Shown in pieces: positions 26,854 to 36,200 of a DNA stretch of 42,333 nt (within the stretch, counting starts at the first letter, position 1; the number at the start of each line of letters is the position of its first letter). The stretch lies in assembly GCA_945859975.1 (NCBI GenBank), contig CAMAPH010000023.1:1-42333 (forward strand). Reading direction: 5' to 3'. The stretch comes from Chthonomonas calidirosea (GTDB taxonomy: Bacteria > Armatimonadota > Fimbriimonadia > Fimbriimonadales > Fimbriimonadaceae). Under the pieces are notes generated by a model. It was given only the letters and a program-made list of their open reading frames with translations. It did not search any database and had not been told where the DNA came from. The position numbers were made by a program, and so were the translations under genes.

Positions 26854-27939
26854 ATGTCACGCATTTCCCAACTTGCCGAGGCCCTTCGGAACAACCAGAT
26901 TGACGCCTTCTTTGCCCAGGCTCCAATCTCAATGGGCTACCTGCACGGCTTCTGGGAATCAAGCCACGAGCGATTTCTGACCTTGGCGATTTCGTCGACC
27001 GGGGAGATTCGATTGATATGCCCTTCACTCTCGGCCGCCCAGGCGGCGCGGGTGGGCATTCAGGACATTCGAACTTGGGCCGATGGCGAAGACCCCTACG
27101 AGCTGGTCCGTGAGCTAGCCAGCGACTGGAACTTGAAGACGGGCATCGTCGCCGTCGACGACGATATGCCGGCCGCCATGCTTCTCGGGCTCGAAAATGC
27201 CTTGCCAACCGCGTTGTTCCGCGCCGGTGGGGCTTCGATCTCGTCGGTCATGCGAAGTAAGGATGCGGACGAGCTTGATCTGTTAACCCGATCGGGCAAT
27301 ATCGCCGACCGAACCTTCGACGCACTGCTTAGGTTCTTGCGTCCTGGACTCACCGAGCGACAGATCGAACGATTCATCAATGAGTCGATGTTAGACCTCG
27401 GCGGAAAGCCAACGTTCTGCATCGTCGGCACCGGCAGCGGCGGCGCCGAGCCGCATCACCTCACCGGCAACACGGTGGTTCAGGACGGCGATACCATCGT
27501 GCTCGATTTCGGTTGCAGCTTGGAGGGTTACCAGAGCGACATCACGCGGACGGTGGCGATCGGAAGTGCGTCGGAAGAATCGAAGAAGGTCTATGACGTC
27601 GTCTTCCGAGCGCACATGGCCGCCCGCCAGGCGATCCGCCCCGGCGTGACTTCGCACGAAGTAGACGCCGCGGCCAGAGCGGTGATTGAAGAGTCAGGCT
27701 ACGGACCGCAGTTCTTCCACCGCACTGGTCACGGAATCGGGCTCCACGGACACGAAGAGCCTTATATCGCGCCCGGCAACACCACCGTTCTGGAGGTCGG
27801 AGACTGCTTCAGTATCGAACCCGGCATTTACCTAGAAGGCAAGTTTGGGGTCCGAATCGAAAACATCGTCACGGTAACCGAAACCGGGCATCGCTCGTTC
27901 AACGATGATCCGTCGGCCTCGATTACCGTGATCAACTGA
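26854..27939 (+). CDS. Xaa-Pro di/aminopeptidase (M24B family)
   Basis: Creatinase-like N-terminal domain, with metal-ligand motifs PHH, LDFG..GYQSDITRT, FFHRTGHGIGL..HE.P, SIEPGIY and GVRIEN. Confidence 0.93.
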   Translation: MSRISQLAEALRNNQIDAFFAQAPISMGYLHGFWESSHERFLTLAISSTGEIRLICPSLSAAQAARVGIQDIRTWADGEDPYELVRELASDWNLKTGIVAVDDDMPAAMLLGLENALPTALFRAGGASISSVMRSKDADELDLLTRSGNIADRTFDALLRFLRPGLTERQIERFINESMLDLGGKPTFCIVGTGSGGAEPHHLTGNTVVQDGDTIVLDFGCSLEGYQSDITRTVAIGSASEESKKVYDVVFRAHMAARQAIRPGVTSHEVDAAARAVIEESGYGPQFFHRTGHGIGLHGHEEPYIAPGNTTVLEVGDCFSIEPGIYLEGKFGVRIENIVTVTETGHRSFNDDPSASITVIN

Positions 27940-29409
27940 TTACTGGCCTTGGCCGGCGCTGTACGCCATCTTGCCGTCGAACGCGTAAAGGTTCTCGGTC
28001 TTGATGACATCCAGCTGAATCCGGTTCAGGGCAATCAGGAGGTTGACAATCCAAAGCTGCGAGGCAGATTTGCTTGTGAACCGGCATCGGTAGTGATCCA
28101 CTAGGTGGGTTTCCGGCAGTCCCGTCGGCCAGACGACCACGCCGCGGTTGGAAATCATCTGCAGGTCGGAACCGTCCGGCAGAATCGCCTGGAGCCGCTT
28201 CGCGAGGTCGTTCGGTTGCATTCGGCTAGAGATAAAGATGTCGACGCCCTGAAGGTTGCGCCGAGCCGGAATTCCGGAGACCGGTTTCGTGGTGACTTTG
28301 ATGGGCTTAGCGTCAGGCGGATAGATCGCCGCTGGGAGACGACGGGGCATTTCGCCCAGTCGCTCGCAAACGGCGCGAGCGAAGTCCATGGTTGATAGCG
28401 GGTTTATTCGGTTCAGATCCGCGGTCTGGTGACCGTCTTCGATGGTTCGCAGCCAAGCGTTGTGGATCAGCGAAGCGGTTTCGTATTGTCCGATGTGCTG
28501 CAGCATCATCGTGCTGGCCAGCAACATTCCGCTGGGGTTTGCGATGCCCTTTCCAGCGATGTCCGGAGCGCTACCGTGGATGGCCTCGAACACTGACATC
28601 TCGTTTCCGATGTTCGCGCTCGGCGCAAGTCCGACCGAGCCGCTGATCTCGGCCACGACATCGGAGAGGATGTCTCCGTAGAGATTGGGCGTCACGATGA
28701 CGTCGAACCTTTCTGGCTGCGTAGCGACCTTGGCCATTCCGATGTCGATGATCATGTGCTCCTGCTGAATCTCGGGATACTCCGCGCCGATTTCATCAAA
28801 GACTCGATGGAACAGTCCGTCGGTCATCTTCATGATGTTGTCCTTGGTCATGCAGGTGATCTTCTTGCGGCCATTCTGCTTGGCATATTCGAAGGCGTAC
28901 CGCACGATTCGCTCACAGCCCGGACGCGTGATCAACTTCAAGCACTGATACACATCTTCTGACTGTCGGTGTTCGATGCCGGCGTAAACGTCTTCTTCGT
29001 TCTCTCGGATGACGACGACATTCATTTCCGGGTGCAAGGTCGCGATATAGGGTGCGAAGGCTTGAACCGGTCGGACATTTGCGTAGAGACCCAGCGCTTT
29101 GCGGAGGGTGACGTTGACGCTCTTAAAACCGCCCCCTTGTGGCGTCGTCACCGGACCTTTCAACAGGATTCCGGTGCTTCGAATCGCTTCCCAGGCTTCC
29201 GGGGCGATGCCGTTGCTGGCCCCATTATTGTAAGAAGCTAGGCCGATCTGAACCGGCGTGAAGGACACGTATGCCTGTGCCGCCTCAAGAATGTGTAGGA
29301 CGGCCTGAGTAATTTCGGGGCCGATTCCATCTCCCTGTGCCAGCGCAATCGGGGTGCGCGTTCGTCGAAGGTAGGCAACCGGAGCTGGGCGAGAGAGTTC
29401 ATTTATCAT
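27940..29409 (-). CDS. icd: NADP-dependent isocitrate dehydrogenase (long form with C-terminal extension)
   Basis: GDGIGPEI, LKGPVTTPQGGGFKSVNVTLRK, RENEEDVYAGIEH, KDNIMKMTDG, PNLYGDILSD, FEAIHGSAPDIAG and a C-terminal MISNRG..VWP...D.IKTENLY.FDG region. Likely start ATG 29409. Confidence 0.93.
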   Translation of the reverse strand: MINELSRPAPVAYLRRTRTPIALAQGDGIGPEITQAVLHILEAAQAYVSFTPVQIGLASYNNGASNGIAPEAWEAIRSTGILLKGPVTTPQGGGFKSVNVTLRKALGLYANVRPVQAFAPYIATLHPEMNVVVIRENEEDVYAGIEHRQSEDVYQCLKLITRPGCERIVRYAFEYAKQNGRKKITCMTKDNIMKMTDGLFHRVFDEIGAEYPEIQQEHMIIDIGMAKVATQPERFDVIVTPNLYGDILSDVVAEISGSVGLAPSANIGNEMSVFEAIHGSAPDIAGKGIANPSGMLLASTMMLQHIGQYETASLIHNAWLRTIEDGHQTADLNRINPLSTMDFARAVCERLGEMPRRLPAAIYPPDAKPIKVTTKPVSGIPARRNLQGVDIFISSRMQPNDLAKRLQAILPDGSDLQMISNRGVVVWPTGLPETHLVDHYRCRFTSKSASQLWIVNLLIALNRIQLDVIKTENLYAFDGKMAYSAGQGQ

Positions 29410-29465
29410 ACGATTAATAATACGCGAAAAATAGTTCGTACGTTTCGTCGTGTACATTGTGCAAT

Positions 29466-29759
29466 ATGGCGGAATTGTCGTCGTGGACCTTCTTGACCAA
29501 CCATTCGCATGTATTGGTGTGTTTCCTTCGTGATCCGACGTTACGGATGCGTGATGTGGCCGATCTTGTTGGGATAACTGAGCGCGCGGTTCAGCGAATC
29601 GTGAACGAGCTGAGTGAGGCAGGTTATTTGCAGGTTACGAAAGAGGGGCGAAGAAACATTTACGAGGTTCATTCGGAGCTACCGCTGCGACATCCAATCG
29701 AGGCTCACCGAAGCGTGGGAGAGTTGCTTGGTTTGTTGAAAACGGACGGCGAAGCGTAG
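29466..29759 (+). CDS. Small winged-helix transcriptional regulator
   Basis: WTFLTNHSHVL, RMRDVADLVGITERAVQRIV.EL..AGYL and GRRN.Y, PLRHP. Divergent from icd. Confidence 0.88.
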   Translation: MAELSSWTFLTNHSHVLVCFLRDPTLRMRDVADLVGITERAVQRIVNELSEAGYLQVTKEGRRNIYEVHSELPLRHPIEAHRSVGELLGLLKTDGEA

Positions 29760-29768
29760 ACTAAAACG

Positions 29769-30416
29769 ATGTTCGTCACCGCTTTGATCGTCCTTGCAAC
29801 GGCTCCACAACCGAAAATTAGTATCGAACTCCCAGCGGTGCGATCAAAGTCGGTTGTATCGGCGGCGGCTTTGCGAGATGCCAAAATTTGGGCGGCGACG
29901 AAGAAGGCTTGGATCCTAAGTACAGCAAAGCGCGACGCAAACGAGCCTTGGTACAAGGAACTGACTTATCCTTACACCCTGGAAATCACGAGCCACGTTT
30001 CGACCGATCTTCCGAACTTGCAGAGTTATCGCCTCACGGCCGGGACCTACACCGGCGGTGCGCACGGAAATGGGCAGTACTTCAGCGTGAACAAAGTCAT
30101 GACCCCGGCTGGCCAGCGTGATCTGATGCTGGCCCACCTGTTCCTACCGGGCATCGACTATCGCGCCGAACTCGCTAAGGTGCTGCATCGGAAGCTCTCG
30201 GAGACGAATCAGGCGAGTTCGCTGGAAGACGGAACGGTTTCGGCAGAGAACGCCCTAGGTTCGGCTCAGTGGAACGTCTCGACCAAAGGCATTGAGTTTG
30301 GCTTCGACAACTACGCGGTTGGTTCGTTCGCCGAAGGGATGCCGGTGGTGACTGTGCCCTTCAGCGAACTCATCGGCCTGAACCCGGCCGGACCGCTGCG
30401 CTTCCTTTTGAAGTAG
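29769..30416 (+). CDS. DUF3298/DUF4163 (RsiV/PdaC-like) secreted protein
   Basis: YTGGAHG motif, L.L..LF, and F.FDNYAVGSFAEG...V.VP.SEL. Short signal peptide. Confidence 0.8.
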   Translation: MFVTALIVLATAPQPKISIELPAVRSKSVVSAAALRDAKIWAATKKAWILSTAKRDANEPWYKELTYPYTLEITSHVSTDLPNLQSYRLTAGTYTGGAHGNGQYFSVNKVMTPAGQRDLMLAHLFLPGIDYRAELAKVLHRKLSETNQASSLEDGTVSAENALGSAQWNVSTKGIEFGFDNYAVGSFAEGMPVVTVPFSELIGLNPAGPLRFLLK

Positions 30417-30854
30417 TTACTCTTCGGACTTGCTGGCGGTTTGCCAAAGGTCGATTGTGCGAAGGTCTCGGCGCTTGCGCTCAAGGGCAAGGTTGATCTT
30501 TTCCACGAGGACCTCGTAGGCGTCGATACCGGGGGCGTTCTTCTCGATATAGTCAAAAGCGCCGCGCCGCATACATTCGACCGCGTTGGCCACGTTGCCG
30601 TAAGCCGTCATCACAATGACTTCAGCGAAAAGGTCTCGCGTAAAGGCCGCGTGCAGAACTTGCAGTCCAGATTCGGGTGAATCCATGCTCATGTCGGTGA
30701 CCACCGCATCATACGGCGGGTCTGACTCGAGGAGTTTCGCCACGCCAGAGTCCGCAGAGTCAGCCGTGTCAACGGAGTGCCCGGCTCTTTCGAGTCGGCG
30801 GCGAATCGCGTTTAGAACGCCCTCTTCATCATCAATCGCAAGTACTCGTGCCAT
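30417..30854 (-). CDS. Single-domain response regulator (receiver)
   Basis: VLAIDDE, phosphoacceptor VVTDMSM, VIVMTAYG and GAFDYIEK. Confidence 0.9.
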   Translation of the reverse strand: MARVLAIDDEEGVLNAIRRRLERAGHSVDTADSADSGVAKLLESDPPYDAVVTDMSMDSPESGLQVLHAAFTRDLFAEVIVMTAYGNVANAVECMRRGAFDYIEKNAPGIDAYEVLVEKINLALERKRRDLRTIDLWQTASKSEE

Positions 30855-30926
30855 AGCTTATGGACCCTAGCATATACGAATTCAAGCCGGGATGGTTTCC
30901 GCACCGATGGCGGCAATAGGAGCAAA

Positions 30927-33227
30927 ATGAGTGCTATGAGTGTGCCGACCCCAAGTCGCCTGGAGAATTTGCGCACCCTTCGAAATGCCAACTTGGATAT
31001 GGCATTTTCGATGTCCTTCATCACGCTCACTACCGGAGCGTTTTTGGTGGGCTTTGTCCAGTTGCTGGGCGGTTCGGATTTATGGATTGGCGTCCTTTCG
31101 GCAATTCCGTCACTCGTGGGATTGCTGCAGATTCCTGGGGCCATTTGGGGCCGAAGTTTTCCGAGCTACAAAAAGTTTGTGACGCCAGGCGGCGCAATGT
31201 GGCGGTTGCTGTATCTGCCGGTGGTGGCGTTGCCGCTGTTGCCTTGGCCCAACGAGGTCCGGCTTGTGATCTTGGCCGTGCTGGTCGCGGTGGCGTCATC
31301 ATTCGTCACTTTTGTTAACCCGATTTACAGCGACTGGTTGGCCGAGATGGTGCCGAACAACTCGCGAGGTTGGTACTTCTCCCGCCGAAACGCGATCGGC
31401 GCAACGGTTGGAGCGGTGGCTGGCATTGTCGGTGCGTGGTTCTTGGATGCGGTTCGGGCGACGAATCCGCAGCTCGGCTTTGCGGGTGTCTTCGGCCTTG
31501 GCGTGGCCTTCGCCGGGGTGAGCATGTACTTCTATCTGAAGATGACGGATTTGCCCCGTGAGAATCCGGTCAAGCAGAATCTGAAGCAAGGCATCCGCGC
31601 CATCGGGACCCCGTTTGGCGACCGAGAATTTCGAAAGGTCCTATTTTTTATTGCGGTCGCGGTGGCCAGTCAGACGTTCCCCGGAAATTTGTACGCAGCG
31701 TTTGCGCGAGAGACATTGTCGCTCGACTTTCGCGTCATTCAAGGCACGGCGGTTTTCATGGCGGTTGGCAACGTCGCCGCCGCTCCACTTTGGGGTTTCT
31801 TCGCCGATAAGTTCGGCAACAAGCCGCTCCTCGCCCTGGGCTGCCTGCTTCTGGCCACTAATCCGATTCCATGGATGCTCTGCCGGCCGAACGACACGCC
31901 GTTCAACGCAACCCTCCTGCTGACGAGCCATGTCTTGATGGGCGTGGTTTGGGCAATGGTCAGTCTCACCCAGTTCAACCTTGTCCTCGCGACAGCCAAG
32001 CCTGAAGATCGTGCCAATTACATTGGTGCCGGAATGACGGTAACGGCGGTTGTTGGCGGCGTCGCCCCGCTGCTTGGAGCGGCGACCATGGCGTCACTTC
32101 GGAGCGGGATGCCCGCCGAGTTTGCTTACAAGTGGATATTTGGAATTACGATTGTCCTCCGATTCCTGAGTGCCGTAGTGCTGATTCCGGTTCGGGAATC
32201 CGGCGCTAGTGGCTTCAGGATGACCCTCAGCCAGCTTCGCAACGTCACCCCGGGCCGAATGCGCGCAATGCGAACCGTGACGCGCAGTGAGGATGTAGAT
32301 GCCCGTGCGGTCGCCATGCAGGATGTTGGGCGGCAAAGCAACCGACTTGCGGCAGACGAGATCATCAAGGCGCTTCATGACCCTACGCCGAAGGTTCGGC
32401 GGCAAGCGGCCGCAACCTTGGCCCAGCTCCGGGACCCGCGAGCTGTCGATGAGCTTGTGCACCAGATCGAAATGCACCCGGACCTCATCGAAGAAGAAAT
32501 GATTGAGGCCCTGGGGCAACTTGGGGACCTGCGCGCCTCTCCGGTTCTGGCCGGACTGCTGATGTCGCCAAGGCCAATGCTCCGCCGCGCCGCCGCAAGG
32601 AGCCTCGGGAGGATTGGTGCACGCGAACCGATGCTTCTGCAAGCCGCAATGGACCAGAACGATCCAGACTTGCGCCGCGCCGCCCTTCAGGCGATCCGAA
32701 TCTCGGGAGACCCGGACGGTCATCCAGCGATTCTGCAAGCCTTGCAAGATGCTCATCCGAGCGTTCGAATCGCGGCGGCTGAAGCGGTTATCGAGTTCGA
32801 TCTCAAAGCGGGAGCGCCTGTTCTGCGTGAGTCTTTGCGTAGGCTGAACGACGAGGCCTGCGCGGAGCTTGCCTACGCGCTGGGCTGCGTTGGCGACCGG
32901 TCGGACATCGAGCAGATTTGCGAAGTCGCCAGCCGATCCGAGTCGATGATCACCCGCCGAAGGTGTTTGCTCGGGATCGCACGGCTCTTCGATGCGGAAC
33001 CCATGGCGTACCGCATGTTGTTGACCGAAGGAATTGCTCGCGACACGAAATTGATTGAGATGCTGCGAAGGGTGAGCAACAGCCACGAGATTCTTGAGGC
33101 GTACAGCATCGGGGATGAAATCAATGCCATCCGAAATCTCAAAAAGGCGTACCCATCGCTCCAGGACTTTCCGGAGCAGGACATTCCCGAGCTGTTTCTG
33201 GTCGCATGCGCAATGATTTCCCGATAG
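30927..33227 (+). CDS. MFS transporter fused to C-terminal HEAT repeats
   Basis: About 12 TM segments with W.AEMVP..RG.YF.RR and WGFFADKFGNKP (MFS motif A-like), followed by repeated DP.P.VRR.AA..L..L HEAT/PBS-lyase units. Confidence 0.85.
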   Translation: MSAMSVPTPSRLENLRTLRNANLDMAFSMSFITLTTGAFLVGFVQLLGGSDLWIGVLSAIPSLVGLLQIPGAIWGRSFPSYKKFVTPGGAMWRLLYLPVVALPLLPWPNEVRLVILAVLVAVASSFVTFVNPIYSDWLAEMVPNNSRGWYFSRRNAIGATVGAVAGIVGAWFLDAVRATNPQLGFAGVFGLGVAFAGVSMYFYLKMTDLPRENPVKQNLKQGIRAIGTPFGDREFRKVLFFIAVAVASQTFPGNLYAAFARETLSLDFRVIQGTAVFMAVGNVAAAPLWGFFADKFGNKPLLALGCLLLATNPIPWMLCRPNDTPFNATLLLTSHVLMGVVWAMVSLTQFNLVLATAKPEDRANYIGAGMTVTAVVGGVAPLLGAATMASLRSGMPAEFAYKWIFGITIVLRFLSAVVLIPVRESGASGFRMTLSQLRNVTPGRMRAMRTVTRSEDVDARAVAMQDVGRQSNRLAADEIIKALHDPTPKVRRQAAATLAQLRDPRAVDELVHQIEMHPDLIEEEMIEALGQLGDLRASPVLAGLLMSPRPMLRRAAARSLGRIGAREPMLLQAAMDQNDPDLRRAALQAIRISGDPDGHPAILQALQDAHPSVRIAAAEAVIEFDLKAGAPVLRESLRRLNDEACAELAYALGCVGDRSDIEQICEVASRSESMITRRRCLLGIARLFDAEPMAYRMLLTEGIARDTKLIEMLRRVSNSHEILEAYSIGDEINAIRNLKKAYPSLQDFPEQDIPELFLVACAMISR

Positions 33228-33298
33228 CTTGAACAACAAGTACTTGTTCGTGGCTTTATTGCGGCACCGTGGGCTAGGCTAAGCGTCAGAGTTTTGCG

Positions 33299-36200
33299 AT
33301 GTTGCTAGCCCTCCTTGCCACCGTTGTCGTTCAGACCCCTGAGATCGCTTGGATTGAGGGCGAGAAACCGCTAGCCACAAACATGCCGGTTGTGTCGGGA
33401 GCACCGGGCAACAAGGAACGGCTTTCCGGTGAATCTTGGCTTCAGGTGGTCGCAGAAGCCGATCAAGTTCAAAAGGTGGTTCCCGTCGGCGGGGCGCTGG
33501 TCACCTACGATTTTCCGATTTCGGCAGCCGGTTCACGAGAAGTTTGGGCGAGGATTGGCTACGAGTTTGCGCGGGCCCCGTTCGAGTGGCGAATCGATTC
33601 GGGCCCTTGGACCAAGGTTTCGCCGGACGAGGTAACGACCGACGCCGTGCCGCTGGCGGACTGGAATGAGGTGGCCTGGCTCAAGCTCACCACGACTCCG
33701 GTCCTAATGGGGACGCACAAGATTGATTTCCGCATTCCACGAAATTTGAACGACAAAGGCGAGCCGCAGCGGACTTTGTTCGCGCTGGATGCGGTGGTTG
33801 TCGCGCCAAAATTTGAGCCGTTCGGGAAGTTTAAGCCGGGGCAAGCTTGGCAATCGGACAAAGATCGGCAAGCGGCGCAGAACGTGTTTCAGCTTCCCGC
33901 GACCGGTACGGTTCGACCATCGGTGAAGCTGGAAGGGCTCTGGGAAATTGCTCGGCACGACGAGGTGGCACCGCCATTCGACATCGCCGTTCCGATTCCG
34001 GACCTGCCGAAGGACCCCAAGTGGACGGCGATTCCGGTGCCTTCGGACCGAAACGTCTCCCGACCCGACCTCACGCTTGCGCACCGGATTTGGTACCGAA
34101 CTCAGGTCAACGTTCCCGCCGAGCTGGCCGGACGTGGATTCCAACTCAAGTTCGGCCAGAACAACCTCAACACCACCGTACTGGTGAACGGCAGACTTTG
34201 CGGATTCGAAAAGAACCCTCATGTCGCCTTCAAAATCGACGTTTCAAACTCGATCAAGCCCGGAAAGAACGAAGTTTTGGTTGGGATCCGCGACCCTTGG
34301 TACGGATTCTCGACCAACCCAAAGGACCCCCTCAAGCTGCGGCGGATGTTCACCTTGCCGGTTTCGTTCACCAAGAACGGATTCCTCGACTTGGCCTATC
34401 CGGTTTGGGGGGCTTTCCAATCCGGCATTTTGGACGCTCCGGTGCTTGAGGCCACGGGGCCGGTCTATGCGAACGATGTTTTTGTGAAGCCAAGCGTTGA
34501 GAAAAAGCAGATCGCGGTAGACGTGAATGTCGTTAATCCGCGCGGGTTGCCAGAAACCGTCCTGCTCGAGGCATCGGCGATTGACGCCAAAACCGGTGAG
34601 GTGGCGATGAGTTTTATGCCCGCTTCCGGCACGGTGGGGGTCGGCAACGCTAAGTTTTCTTTCGGCACCACTTGGGAGGATCCCAAACTCTGGTGGCCTG
34701 ATGAGCCCAACTTGTATCGACTTCGGCTGAAAATTACGACCAGCCGAGGCGTGGATATTTCTGAAACGAGCTTTGGATTCCGCGAGTGGCAGGCGAAAGG
34801 TAACCAGTTCACCCTGAACGGCATCCCTTGGAACGGCTGGGCCGAGCTGGTTGATGGTCGTAGCAAAGAAGAGTTCCTTGCCAACTATCGGGCGAGGGGG
34901 CAGCGGTTCTTCCGCATGATGGGCACCACCCAGAACGGCGGGACTCGATGGCAAGGAATGCCATTCTCGGAAGCGCTCGACTGGTGCGATTCTAACGGTC
35001 TCATTGTGCGCCGAAGCGGGATTCTGGACGGTGAAACCATTGGCTACATGGCGGTGGAGAATGATCCGGCCCTGCGTGGCATCTACAACTCCCGGATTAA
35101 GATGCAGCTGATCAACAACTGGAAAGACCAAATGGTCGCCCAGGTGAAGGCCGAGCGGAACCACCCGAGCATCCACCTTTGGTCGCTTGAAAACGAGTTC
35201 CTGTACATCAATTGCATCAATCTCTACGGCGACTTGATGGACGAGTTTGAGCGCGAAGTAGGCAAAGTTGGAACCGTCGTCGGGCAAACCGACCCGACGC
35301 GAACCTGGATGGTGGACGGCGGTGGAGCGGCGAAGAACAACTCCTATCCGGTTCATGGCGACCACTACGTTTATACAAACGAGCCAAATGACTATCCGGG
35401 CTTGGCGTATCGGGACAATCCAGACGGCGGCGGTCGCGGCCGGTGGAAGTACGACAACTTACGGCCTCGATATGCCGGAGAGGACTTCTTCGCCACCGGA
35501 ATCAATCCCGCCGATTACGCTTGGATCAGCGGTGAGGAAGCTTTCGGGGGCAAAACATCCGCCCATCGCGGCATTGCGCTTGTACAAAGGATGCTGACCG
35601 AAGGATATCGCTGGTCGGGCAACATGGCGTACACCCACCTGTGGCTGGGGGATGAGGGTTCGAAGTTTGGAAAGCACATCTCGAACGCCGACCGCGCGGC
35701 GTTTGTGCGGGAATACGATTCCACTTTCGCTTCGGGAAGCAAGTTGCGGCGTACAGTTGGTGTCTTCAACGACTCGCGCCAAGTTGAGCCGCTTACGCTC
35801 AAAGTAGAGCTCGTGAGTGCCGGAAAGTCCGTCGTGCAGAAGTCGGTACCGGTTTCGGTTCAGCCTGGTTCCAAGACGGTTGTTCCGGTAGAGCTTGAGC
35901 TTCCGAAAGTAGCCGCACGCTGGGATGGCGAACTTGCCATCTCCCTCACGGGCAAGTCCGGGGTGGTTTTTGCAGACAAGAAGCGAGCCTCGATCCTGCC
36001 CGAGCCGATCGCGGCTGCGCTAAGCCAAGGCCGGGGGCTGCTGGTCGTTGATCCGAAGGGAAGCGTGAGCAAGTACCTGCGGTCCCTTGGAGTGCCGTTC
36101 ACGGAAGCGGCGAGCGTGGCAACCATTCCTGACACATCGCGATGGGTGCTGGTTGGGCCAGATGCGGTGGATGAGGCAAGCTCGGTTCAGCCGAAACTCG

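Noticed and set aside
32094..35365. Minus-strand ORFs of 381 aa and 373 aa
   Set aside because: Antisense to the well-supported MFS-HEAT and GH2-like genes, with no motifs.
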